A stretch of DNA of 64,000 nucleotides from Tepidiformaceae bacterium. GTDB lineage: Bacteria; Chloroflexota; Dehalococcoidia; Tepidiformales; Tepidiformaceae. The notes under the pieces are model-generated. The model worked only from the letters and a program-made list of their open reading frames with translations. It ran no database searches and was not told where the DNA came from. A program made the translations under genes and the position numbers. The stretch covers positions 591,234-655,233 of the forward strand of contig OZ242314.1 of the NCBI GenBank assembly GCA_965207815.1, written 5' to 3'. Position 1 is the stretch's first letter, and each line of letters starts with the position of its first letter. This document shows, piece after piece, positions 25,289 through 34,369 of this stretch.

Positions 25289-27370
25289 CTACGGCTGCCA
25301 CCCCAACAGGTCGTCGCTATGCATCCAGCCCTCCACGCCGTCGCTGGTACGAAGGTGAATCCAGTGACCGTGGCTCCATGTCAGACGGCTGCTGCGGTAC
25401 CCATCAGGGTGGCCGCCCTTGGGATGGAGTGGGGGCCTCACCGACTCGACAACCGCCTTCGCCGGCAGGCACGCGAGGCTCGCCGCGTCCACGTTGCGCG
25501 ACTCGCGCACGTGCCGGCACGACGCACCGGCCGCGACCCTGAGGGTGTCGGCATCAGAGAAGGGCGGCAGCTCCACTCGTGGCTCGCGCAGGGGGGAGTA
25601 CCCCGAACTCTGGTAGGGTCCCCCCGGCGAAAGGTGAACCCGGATCTCCCGGCTGGTCAGTCCCCAGGAGGTGCGGTTGTACGGCAACGCCAGGATGTCG
25701 CCCATTCGCAGGCCAACGTCGGGATCCTTCCGAAGCAGGACTTCCATCGACGCCAACTCTCGACCTTCCAGGTCGACGACCGCAGCGCTCATGACGCGGC
25801 AGGCAGGATCGTAGTTTCGGTCCCCAGGGCAGTAGCCGTAGAGCAACTCCCGAGGCCTGTCCAGGCGACCGGAGTCGTCGTGCGCCGGAATGACCAGGCC
25901 CTGCAGCCAGGGCTCGCTGGCGACGAATTGGCTCACCCAACCCCCTTCCACGCCGAGAATGTCGGTGCCCATGCGCGTTTCAAGCGCCAGGCCTGAGCTG
26001 TCCGCGAGCCAGCGACTGCGCCCGTCGTGCACCTGAAAGCCGGCCCGGGAGGGAAGAGCGCCGTGAACCCTCATGAGCTCCTCCCCGGTCACCGCATCGA
26101 AGAGCGACGTGACGGCGAGCTTCGGGAAGACGCCTGGATCCTCGAACTCCTCCCCCAGGAGGAGCGTCACTGCGGCCACCCGTGTACCGTCCGGTGACAG
26201 GTCCACTCCCAGGTAAAGTCCCAAGGACAGTCCCTGAATGCACAGCACAGACACTTCCGACAGAACGGCAAGATCCCACCCAAACCTCGTGACCGTGCAG
26301 CTGCTGTCCTCGGCCTCGTACGAGATCCTCGCCAGCCCCTCGCCCCCGCGGAGGGCCTGAACTCTGTCCTCCTGGCTGTAGTTGCAAGATGCGGGAACGT
26401 CCACGCGCGTTTGTTTCCCGGTCATAAGGTCAATGGACGTGAGGGCGCCGGAGCAGGTGTGCCGCACGAGGTACCGGCCGTCGGGGTGGGCGAGCCACGC
26501 GCCCGGCGCCTCGCCTCCCTCAGCGCTGTCGTCCAGCTCAAACCAGGCGACGGCCCGGAGGGACGCTTCAACCACTGCGAACTGGTTTCCTCGCCTGAAG
26601 ACGAGGTGCTCGCCGGAGCCTGTCCCCCACCCAAGGAGCGACGGAGTGTGGTCCCCACCCGGCCATGCGGGGACGACTTGCCGGACCAGGGACACCGACG
26701 ATGAGTCCCACGTGTACGTTCGCTCCTCGTGCCGGTCGAACAGCCGCATCCCTTCGGGTGACTCGAGGAGCACGAAGCGGTTCCCCGGCGAGGGGGCCGG
26801 CCTGGAGCACGCCGTCCAGCCCTCGACCCTCCCTGTTTCGATGTCGAGGAAGAACAGGCCAGACTCCCGCGTGAGGGTCAGGACCATGGGCTCGCCCTGA
26901 GCGAACTCCACCCATCCGAGGTCCTCGCGATCCGTCTCGATCACGCGAACGGCCGGTTGCCAGCGTCCGTTCTCTCCGGCCCCTGGGGTGCTTGTCACGG
27001 TGGATGTGGCTTCCGAGGCGGTCGTGGCTGACTCAGGAAGGCACGGTGGCGCTCCCGGCGGCAACGCGACGGCAGGCGTCGGTGAGGGTGTAGCCGTTGG
27101 CGCAGGCGTCACCGTTGGCGTCGACGTTTCCGCTGGTGTTGGCGAGGGCGTAGCGGTGACCGGTGTCACCTCTGCGGTGGGTGCGGATGTGGGTGAAGGG
27201 GACGGTGTGGAGATCGCCGTTGGTGGGACCGTCGCGGTTGGTGAGAGGGTTGCGCTGGGGACCTCCCCCGGCGATGAGTCTTGCTCGTCGCGGTCGCAGC
27301 CAGTGGCGACGAGTGCGACGGCCGCTACGGCCAGCACGGCAAAGCGTTCCGCGACGGACGACAATCTCAT
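25289..27370 (-). CDS. Lipoprotein with a Pro/Thr-rich linker, a large beta-rich domain and a C-terminal SH3b-like tail
   Basis: From ATG 27370: MRLSSVAERFAVLAVAAVALVATGC (lipobox), then about 90 aa of PT-rich linker. The C-terminus is WIHLRTSDGVEGWMHSDDLLGW. Confidence 0.7.
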   Translation of the reverse strand: MRLSSVAERFAVLAVAAVALVATGCDRDEQDSSPGEVPSATLSPTATVPPTAISTPSPSPTSAPTAEVTPVTATPSPTPAETSTPTVTPAPTATPSPTPAVALPPGAPPCLPESATTASEATSTVTSTPGAGENGRWQPAVRVIETDREDLGWVEFAQGEPMVLTLTRESGLFFLDIETGRVEGWTACSRPAPSPGNRFVLLESPEGMRLFDRHEERTYTWDSSSVSLVRQVVPAWPGGDHTPSLLGWGTGSGEHLVFRRGNQFAVVEASLRAVAWFELDDSAEGGEAPGAWLAHPDGRYLVRHTCSGALTSIDLMTGKQTRVDVPASCNYSQEDRVQALRGGEGLARISYEAEDSSCTVTRFGWDLAVLSEVSVLCIQGLSLGLYLGVDLSPDGTRVAAVTLLLGEEFEDPGVFPKLAVTSLFDAVTGEELMRVHGALPSRAGFQVHDGRSRWLADSSGLALETRMGTDILGVEGGWVSQFVASEPWLQGLVIPAHDDSGRLDRPRELLYGYCPGDRNYDPACRVMSAAVVDLEGRELASMEVLLRKDPDVGLRMGDILALPYNRTSWGLTSREIRVHLSPGGPYQSSGYSPLREPRVELPPFSDADTLRVAAGASCRHVRESRNVDAASLACLPAKAVVESVRPPLHPKGGHPDGYRSSRLTWSHGHWIHLRTSDGVEGWMHSDDLLGWQP

Positions 27371-27668
27371 CGGACACTCAGCATAGGACCGCGGGTGCCG
27401 AATTACCCCACCCGTTCCCGCTAAGCCTGCCAGCGGGCGCGAGCACCCTCGAGGAGAGCGCGCCGTGGGCACCGGAGGCAAAGGCTCGCTCATGCTCTAC
27501 CAGACGTGGAGAGCCACTCGCACACGGGGTCCCGCTCATCGTCCGCCACTACAACAACCACCACCGCGAGCCCCCGAATCGCGCGGCCGAGGCCACAACG
27601 ACCAGACACCTTCCCGATCTCCCCAAGCCCGCGTGGGGCAACCTGTGCCGCAGAGGCGAGGCGACGGT

Positions 27669-30600
27669 TCACTGGCCCGTGTCCGCGTCCTCGCCCCCTT
27701 CCCCTTCCTCCTCGGAGCGCGCAGCGCACGGGCTGTTCACATCAAGGGTGAAGGTCGCCGTCACGGACTTGTTTCCGTCCATGGTGACGGTCGTGCTCGC
27801 GTCGGTGCTGGTCAGGTCGCCCGACCACGCGGAGAACTCCGTCCTGCTGCCGAAGATACAGATGCCTCCAGCCGCCGTGATCTTCGCCTTGCTGTTCGCG
27901 TTGTAGGTTCCGGCCCCGGTCGCCGCTCCCCAGCCGGTGGGCGAGATGGTGATGGTGAGCGTGTACTGGATGCGCTTGAAGTTCGCTGTGCGGGTGAGGT
28001 TCTCCGTCGGCTCCAGCTTCAGCTCCTGCCGGCCTGTCAGGCACGTGCTGGCCCGCCCAGCCGGGAACGGCGTGCCCCAGCCCGTGAAGCACCAGCCGTC
28101 GGAGGCCTCCGCCCAGATCGTGGTCTCCGTTCCGCACTGCACCCTCCCGCTGCCGCCGAAGGTGCCGCCCGTGCCGCCCGTGCCCGCTGACACCGTCACC
28201 GAGCAGTAGCGGATGCTGAAGTTGGCAGTCACCTTCACCGTGGTCGCGGTTTCGCTGGTCTCCACCGTGCAGGTGGCGCCGTCCTCTCCGTCGGCGGGGC
28301 ACCCGCTCCAGCCCGAGAAGTACCAGCCGACGCCCGACGGACTCGCCGTGAGCACGACCTCATCACCGCAGTCGACCGTGCCGCTCCCGCTCACGCTCCC
28401 CCTGTCGGTGTCGTCGGGCTCGCCCGTGACCTTGCACCTGATCGCTTCGAAGGTAGCAGTCGCGGTCACGCTCTGACTCGCGCCGCTGGTCGTCACCGTG
28501 CAGGTCGCCTTGTTCTCGCTGACGCTGGTGCAGCCGCTCCAGGACGCGACCCGGTTGTTGGTTACGCGAGTGGCCGTAAGCGTGGCATCCTTCCCGCAAT
28601 CGACTTCACCCCCGCCGCTCACCGTGCCGCGGCTACCGTCAGCCGGGATGTGGGCGCCCGTGACCGTGCACTTCTTCACCTCGAAGGTGGCGGTCACGGT
28701 CTTCGAGGTGACTGTCTCGCTGGTCGGCACCGTGCAGGTCGCGCCGCTGCAGCCGCTCTCCGACCAGCCCGTCAGCTGACCGTTCGTCTTCGCTTCGGCG
28801 GTGAGCGGAACCGCCGTGCCGCAGTCGACCTCGACCGGTTCAGCGGGGCTCACCGTGCCGAGGGACGTGTCGTTCGACTCGCCCGTGACCGTGCAGCGTA
28901 TCGCTCCGAACCCGACCACCACGGTCACGTTCTGATTGGCGCCGCTGGTCGGGACGGTGCAGGTGGTTCCGGTGCCGCTGCAGCCACCCCCGTTCCACGA
29001 CTTGACCTCGTTGTTGGTCACGCGACTCGCCCTGAGCGGGACGCCAGTGCCGCAGTTGACCGTCCCGCCGCCGCTCACCCTGCCGCGGCTGCCGTCAGCG
29101 GGGACGTGGAAGGCCGTGACGGTGCAGCGCTTGTACTCGAACGTGGCCGTGGCCGTCACCGAGGGCGTGCTCGCGCTGGTCGTCACCGTGCAGGTGCTCT
29201 TGTCGTCGCTGACGCTGGTGCAGCCGCTCCAGGACTGGACCTGGGTGTCGATCGAGGCAGGGGTCGCCCTGAGCGTGACAGGAGCGCCGCAGGTGACCGT
29301 GCCACCACCTCTCACCGTCCCGAGGCTACCGTCGGCAGGGACGTGAGCGCCCGTGACCGTGCACTCGGGGGCCTCGGGCGTGGCTCTGACTTCGGCACTC
29401 GGCCCGCTTGGCCCGGCCGCGTTCACCGCACGGATCTGGATGGCGTAGAGCGTGTCGTTCGTGAGGTTCGGAACCGTGTAGCGCGTCAGCGTCGCGGCGC
29501 TGGCTCCCGACGCACCGCTGCCCGCGGACGGGATGTCCGTCCACGTGTCCCAGGTGGCACCTTCTGCGTCCGGCGTGGCCTTCACGCGGTACTGGTACTT
29601 GGTGATGCTCGAGTCGCTCGGGTCGGTCCAGCGAATCGTGACGCTGCTGTCGCCTGCCTCTGCCACGGACAGTCCCGTGGGGGTGCCGGGCAGGGCGAGG
29701 AAGAGCGCCATCACAGTCGTGTCAGCGTTCATCGTGACGGTGCAGGTCGCCGTTATGCCGGAGTCATCGACTTTGCTCGGCGTGCAGCGTCCCGCCTGAT
29801 CGCTCACCTCGACCTCCCAGCCCCTGAACCGATAGCCCGGCGCCGCCGTCGCCATGACCACGACCACGCTTGCCTCGGGAAACGCTCGGTCGCACTCCAC
29901 CGTGTCTCCGTCCTCGCTGCAGGTGACGACCCCACCGACACCCGCCGACCCGGTCAGGGTGTACATGACGGAGGGGGTCGCCATCACCTTTGCGCTGGGT
30001 TGACTCCACCCCTGGGCGTCCCTGACCCGCATCTGCACCGCGTAGTCGGTTCCGTTCTGCAGGCTCGTCAGCGTGTGGGTCGTGGCCGTGGAGGCAATCG
30101 CCTGCCACGGGCCCCAGGTCGCCCCGCTGTCCGTGCTCGTCCGCACGCCGTAGCCGGCGAGGGCGCCCGTGACCGTCGGAATCTTCCACGCCAGCCCGAT
30201 CGTCGTATCCCCGGCCGTCGCGGTCAGCGCCGTGAAGGTGGCCGTCGCGAACACCGACCGGGAGAGGCCGCTCGTCGTCACCGTGCACGTCGTCCCGCTG
30301 ACACTGGTGCAGTTGCTCCAGCCGGTGAAGGTGTAGTCCGCGTCCGCTGTGGGCTCCAGGGTGACGTCCTCTCCACAGGGGGCGTTGGCGCTTGCGATCC
30401 CGCTGCCGCCCGCGTTCACGCTACCGCCTGTCTGGTTGCCGATGACCGTTCCCCCGATGTCCACCGGACGGGTCTTCCCGTTCACCGTGCACTGCAAGCG
30501 CGTGAAGGTGGCCCCGACGTGGAGGGGCCTCTCGCCTGTATGGGTCTCCGCGACCGTGACGGTGCACGTGTTGCCGTCCGCCTTGCCCGCCGGGCAGCCC

Positions 30601-31979
30601 GTCCAGCCGTCCTCGAAGCCGTAGTTTGCCGTCGCTTCCGCCGTCAATTCGTGCGCTCCGCAGGTGAGGGTGACGCCGGTTGCGCTCACGACTGTCTCAC
30701 CGGCCTTCACCACCCCCCCGCCAGCGGGCGACACCGAGGCGGTCACCGTACCGGTGCAGGGCGCCAGCGGGCGCGCCGTGACACCGATGGCGGGGCTGCG
30801 CAGATCGCTCCGGTTATTGAGCACCGTCCGCAGCTCGACCTCGTACGAGCGCCCCCCCGTGAGGCCCGTGAGCTCGTGCGTGTGGGAGCCGCTGGCTGCT
30901 GCCCAGGTACTCCAGTTTGTCTCCGGCCGCGTCTCCAGCCGGTGGCGGACCTCGTAGCCCGTGACCATGAAGTCACCGGGGTCGTCCCACTCGAGCGTCA
31001 GCTGCTGCACGCTCTGCCTGGCGGACAACCCCGTCGGCGGACAGGGGCGCACAGGGGTAGCCGCCGCCGCGGGCGTCGAGCTCGCCAGCGTGAAGACCAC
31101 CGTGTCCGAGCAGAACATGGGGTACTCCACGCCGTCGGGGTAGTAGCCCTTGGGGAAGCCGTCGCCCGTGAGGATGCCCGACGAGGGGTTGCGCTGGGCG
31201 TTGCCCCGGTTGCGGAACACTCTGGCGGTGCCGCTGGGCGTGTGCCCCCACTGGTGCAGATGCGGGCCCGTCGTCCCGCAGGTACTGGCATCCCGCAGCG
31301 ACGCATCCACCCTGCCATCGTTCTTGCCGTAGGCGACCCTGCCCACGCGCGTGAACGCGAGGGCCGCGAGACCGCTCGTGCCGGTGGGCAGGTTGAGCAG
31401 GTCCTGCTCGTGCACGGACGGGAGCATGTGCGTGTAGTGCATCTCCGCCACCAGATCGTTGTTGCCGTCCCACACCCTGACCTTGACCTTCTTGCACACG
31501 TCCACCCCGGCGAACGTGACCTCTGCGTTGAAGCCGGGATCGCGCGTGTTGGCCCGGAACACGACATAGACGGGCTGCAAGGGGGTTGCCCTCTCGGGGG
31601 AGCCCGCCACGTAGGGCATGACCATGTCGATGCCGTCGCCGTCCGTGTTCCCCGAGAAGCACCCCCTGTTCGTGTGCCAGCCGCAGCTCTCGTCCAGGTT
31701 GCGGAGGGTCCAGCTGGTGTCCATCCCTCCAACGAATCCCGGCTGCAGCCCGGGCAGAACCTCGTATTCGTAGGTGCCCGCCTGCGCCGCCCTCACGGTG
31801 CCGCCGGCAGGAGCGACGGGAGCAGCGGGCGGCGGGCCGGGAGGGGTCGCCGGCGGGGTGGGCGACGGCTCCACCGCCTGTGCCGACGGCGAGGGCGGGG
31901 CATCCCCGGACAGCGGCAGCAGCGCCAGCGCGAGCACGGCCACCCCGAGGGCAACGACGATGGCGGTCGTCGCCCTCAT
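27669..31979 (-). CDS. Secreted 1436-aa multi-domain protein: N-terminal globular domain (possibly a metallopeptidase), three FN3 domains and at least 12 Cys-framed repeat modules of about 80 aa (InlB B-repeat-like)
   Basis: Signal peptide MRATTAIVVALGVAVLALALLP. FN3-like segments include PTGLSARQSVQQLTLEWDDP...YEVELR. Repeated modules follow C-TVT...G.V.(G/S)GG.V.CG..V.L.A....V.SWSGC...TCTV.....V.V.A.F. The ATGA overlap with the upstream LRR gene indicates coupling. Confidence 0.85.
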   Translation of the reverse strand: MRATTAIVVALGVAVLALALLPLSGDAPPSPSAQAVEPSPTPPATPPGPPPAAPVAPAGGTVRAAQAGTYEYEVLPGLQPGFVGGMDTSWTLRNLDESCGWHTNRGCFSGNTDGDGIDMVMPYVAGSPERATPLQPVYVVFRANTRDPGFNAEVTFAGVDVCKKVKVRVWDGNNDLVAEMHYTHMLPSVHEQDLLNLPTGTSGLAALAFTRVGRVAYGKNDGRVDASLRDASTCGTTGPHLHQWGHTPSGTARVFRNRGNAQRNPSSGILTGDGFPKGYYPDGVEYPMFCSDTVVFTLASSTPAAAATPVRPCPPTGLSARQSVQQLTLEWDDPGDFMVTGYEVRHRLETRPETNWSTWAAASGSHTHELTGLTGGRSYEVELRTVLNNRSDLRSPAIGVTARPLAPCTGTVTASVSPAGGGVVKAGETVVSATGVTLTCGAHELTAEATANYGFEDGWTGCPAGKADGNTCTVTVAETHTGERPLHVGATFTRLQCTVNGKTRPVDIGGTVIGNQTGGSVNAGGSGIASANAPCGEDVTLEPTADADYTFTGWSNCTSVSGTTCTVTTSGLSRSVFATATFTALTATAGDTTIGLAWKIPTVTGALAGYGVRTSTDSGATWGPWQAIASTATTHTLTSLQNGTDYAVQMRVRDAQGWSQPSAKVMATPSVMYTLTGSAGVGGVVTCSEDGDTVECDRAFPEASVVVVMATAAPGYRFRGWEVEVSDQAGRCTPSKVDDSGITATCTVTMNADTTVMALFLALPGTPTGLSVAEAGDSSVTIRWTDPSDSSITKYQYRVKATPDAEGATWDTWTDIPSAGSGASGASAATLTRYTVPNLTNDTLYAIQIRAVNAAGPSGPSAEVRATPEAPECTVTGAHVPADGSLGTVRGGGTVTCGAPVTLRATPASIDTQVQSWSGCTSVSDDKSTCTVTTSASTPSVTATATFEYKRCTVTAFHVPADGSRGRVSGGGTVNCGTGVPLRASRVTNNEVKSWNGGGCSGTGTTCTVPTSGANQNVTVVVGFGAIRCTVTGESNDTSLGTVSPAEPVEVDCGTAVPLTAEAKTNGQLTGWSESGCSGATCTVPTSETVTSKTVTATFEVKKCTVTGAHIPADGSRGTVSGGGEVDCGKDATLTATRVTNNRVASWSGCTSVSENKATCTVTTSGASQSVTATATFEAIRCKVTGEPDDTDRGSVSGSGTVDCGDEVVLTASPSGVGWYFSGWSGCPADGEDGATCTVETSETATTVKVTANFSIRYCSVTVSAGTGGTGGTFGGSGRVQCGTETTIWAEASDGWCFTGWGTPFPAGRASTCLTGRQELKLEPTENLTRTANFKRIQYTLTITISPTGWGAATGAGTYNANSKAKITAAGGICIFGSRTEFSAWSGDLTSTDASTTVTMDGNKSVTATFTLDVNSPCAARSEEEGEGGEDADTGQ
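27780..30770. repeat. Tandem in-frame coding repeats (about 230-250 bp units) inside the 1436-aa gene
   Basis: The repeats are visible at protein level as recurring CTVTG...SWSGC...TCTVTTS...VTATATFE blocks. They are divergent at DNA level and the boundaries are approximate. Confidence 0.6.
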
Positions 31980-34099
31980 CGGGGGTTCGCTCCCTCGAAG
32001 AGGCTGCGCATGATGGCGAGGAGGCGCTCATAGGCGGCCGGGGTGCCGCGCAAGCCGAGGCTGCCACTCAACCCCTCGATCTCGTAGACGGAATCCGTTG
32101 AAGCGTCGTAGACGGCAATGTGAAAGCCGCTCGTGGGACGGTGCTGGGCACCAACCGGGCTGTACGTGACGATCGCCGGGCGGCCCGCGATCGTGCGCAG
32201 CTCCGTGACGAAGCGCTTGCCGTCGTTGACCACCCAGGTGGCCGCGCCGGCGTAGTAGCGGTGCGTGGCGTGCACGCCCCTGATCACCACGGCCGCGACG
32301 CCGCCGGACTCCCAGTACGCCTCGTAGCCCGGACGGCTGTGGCCGCCGCCGACGTACAACCCGCTGAAGGTCCACCCCGCGGGCAGCGCCGGCTCGCGCC
32401 AGTAGGGCAACCGCCGGGCCTCCTCCAGACTCGTGATCCGCTCGCCCACCTTGTTCGCCGGGGAGCGAAAGCGCTCCGCTTGTTGGGTGTCCACGGAGGC
32501 CTTGAGCACGACGCTCGCGGGCGGGCTCCCCACGCTCCCCGGCTGCGACTGCACGTAAGGCGTCACCTGCCAGGGCCCGTGGATCACGGCGAAGCCCGCG
32601 AGCTGCGTACCGCCGAGGCGCGCCAGCGGTAGCGCCGTCCCCACCGTGATGGTCATCGCCGTCGAAGTCGCCCCGGACGCACCCCCGCCCGCCGGCGCCG
32701 GCAGCGAACCCGTCTTGCAGCTCTGCCAGGCGTACGTCTCCGGCCGCACGCTGAACTCGCGGAACCTAGCCCCCTCGCCCGCGGCTGAGGCGCCCGTCAC
32801 GCGGTAGCGTACGAAGCAGTCGCTGGCCTGGTTCCACTCGATGAGATCGCCGTTCTCCACGTCGCGGTAGACCTCTGCCCGGGAAGCGTCGGCGGCGTCG
32901 GAGGTGTGGATCTTCAGCATGGTGGCCGTGCCGTCGCGCAGGGCCTCGTAGGTGGTGACCGCCTTCATGGTGCCGTCCTCGCCCTCGGCCAGGAGGGCGT
33001 AGCTGCCCGCCGTCGCAACCGCGCCGGTGGTGTCGTAGGTGTCGTAGGAGAAGCTGACGGACGGCAGGGCACAGCTCCCGATCCCGAGCGTGGCGAGGTC
33101 GTTGTTCGCCACACGACGCAGAGCGCGCGGCAGGCAGCCCGTGAAGGTGTTCTGGCCGAGGAAGAGCCGCTCGAGGCTGGACAGGCCCGCGAGCTCCGGC
33201 GGGATACTCCCCGTCAGCCGGTTCTGGTAGAGATAGAGGCCCTTGAGACTGGTGAGGTTGCCGAGTTCCGCCGGGATGGCGCCGCGGAGGAAACTCTGGC
33301 TGAGGCTCAGCTGCTCCAGCTTCGCCAGAGCGCCCAGCTCGGGCGGGATGCTCCCCCCCAGCGAGGTGCGGGAGAGGGAGAGGCTGGTGAGCTCGTCGAG
33401 GTGACCCAGCGTGGTGGGAATACTCCCTGTCAACTTGTTCCAGGAGAGGTCGAGACTGCCCAGCGCGCTCAGCGCTCCGAGCTTCGCGGGCACGCCGCCC
33501 GTGAGGCCGCGCAGCCGCAAGGTGAGTCCCGTCACGCGTGACGGTGTGCCTGAGACGGTGACGCCGTCCCAGCCCGTGATCGCAGTGTCTGCGCTCCAGT
33601 TGAGGGTGCCGGTGCCCCGCAGCGCGTCCTTCGCGGCCATGAGGATGTTGCAGTCCTTCGCCAAATCGGGGACTTGCGCAGGCGCTTGTCCCAGCGTGGT
33701 TTGCGTACAGACCGTGGGGACGGTGAGGTGGGCCGTCACCGTCATGTCACCGGAAATCTGGAATCTGCTCGGATTCTCGAACAGGTCGAAGGTAATCCCG
33801 CCCCCGAAATCCAGCGTCCAGCGGCGCAAGGTGCAGCCTCTTGCCGCATTCGCCTTCACCTTGACGTAGGAGTTCTTGGGGAACGTCCACTCGGACCCGG
33901 GAGAGACCGTGCTCGTGTCGCTCGAGAGTTGCGCCGTGACCGTGGCGCATCCCACCGGCGAGGCGGCTGTCGTCAGCGAGACGGTCGCCCCCTGCGCCGC
34001 CGCCGGAGAGGCCGAGTCGCGCGACGCCAGGATGACCGTCAGCGTCAGCCCGACCACCGTCAGCGACAGCGCTCCCAGGACCAGCCGGCGCTTACCCAC
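31976..34099 (-). CDS. Secreted or membrane-anchored leucine-rich-repeat protein (plant-type 24-residue LRRs) with an unknown C-terminal domain
   Basis: N-terminal hydrophobic anchor LVLGALSLTVVGLTLTVIL. One B-repeat-like module. About six LRRs of the form L..L..L.LS.N.LTGSIP.ELG.L. The start is GTG. Confidence 0.85.
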   Translation of the reverse strand: MGKRRLVLGALSLTVVGLTLTVILASRDSASPAAAQGATVSLTTAASPVGCATVTAQLSSDTSTVSPGSEWTFPKNSYVKVKANAARGCTLRRWTLDFGGGITFDLFENPSRFQISGDMTVTAHLTVPTVCTQTTLGQAPAQVPDLAKDCNILMAAKDALRGTGTLNWSADTAITGWDGVTVSGTPSRVTGLTLRLRGLTGGVPAKLGALSALGSLDLSWNKLTGSIPTTLGHLDELTSLSLSRTSLGGSIPPELGALAKLEQLSLSQSFLRGAIPAELGNLTSLKGLYLYQNRLTGSIPPELAGLSSLERLFLGQNTFTGCLPRALRRVANNDLATLGIGSCALPSVSFSYDTYDTTGAVATAGSYALLAEGEDGTMKAVTTYEALRDGTATMLKIHTSDAADASRAEVYRDVENGDLIEWNQASDCFVRYRVTGASAAGEGARFREFSVRPETYAWQSCKTGSLPAPAGGGASGATSTAMTITVGTALPLARLGGTQLAGFAVIHGPWQVTPYVQSQPGSVGSPPASVVLKASVDTQQAERFRSPANKVGERITSLEEARRLPYWREPALPAGWTFSGLYVGGGHSRPGYEAYWESGGVAAVVIRGVHATHRYYAGAATWVVNDGKRFVTELRTIAGRPAIVTYSPVGAQHRPTSGFHIAVYDASTDSVYEIEGLSGSLGLRGTPAAYERLLAIMRSLFEGANPR

Positions 34100-34332
34100 A
34101 ACTCACCCGTACGCCGGGAGCGCGGCGATGAACGGTGGCGCCACGAAGGCGAAGGGAGCGGTTAGCGCCAGCTTGACCCATGGTGCAAACCTCTTGCCGT
34201 GAGGGACTTCCCTGGCGCTTCAGACAGGCCCGGTCGTGCCTGTAGGAGCCCGGCCCCGACCACGGCTGGTGGAGCCGCGCCGAAGTCTGCCACCACCTGC
34301 ATGACCAAAATGTGATCCATGTCGAGTTTCTT

Positions 34333-34349
34333 GGTGACAATTTGTGACT
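34333..34349. promoter_or_regulatory. Direct repeat GGTGACAATTTGTGACT (two GTGAC half-sites 10 bp apart) in the divergent intergenic region
   Basis: The repeat lies in an AT-richer patch 20-35 nt upstream of the putative start of the kinase/OmpR-type fusion gene. OmpR-family wHTH domains typically bind direct repeats spaced by one helical turn. Its function is inferred only. Confidence 0.3.
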
Positions 34350-34369
34350 TCGGGCCACTCGCGGCATGA

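Noticed and set aside
30900-31900. Peptidase M23 assignment for the N-terminal domain of the 1436-aa protein, based on MHYTHML...HEQD and GPHLHQWGH.
   Set aside because: The HxxxD/HxH-like strings are suggestive, but by eye I cannot confirm the spacing or the fold. I therefore describe it only as a possible metallopeptidase.
28650-32033. A 1127-aa forward-strand ORF opposite the 1436-aa secreted-protein gene.
   Set aside because: Its product is extremely Arg-, Gly- and Ala-rich and lacks domain structure. The reverse-strand frame has a signal peptide, FN3 domains and ordered repeat modules.
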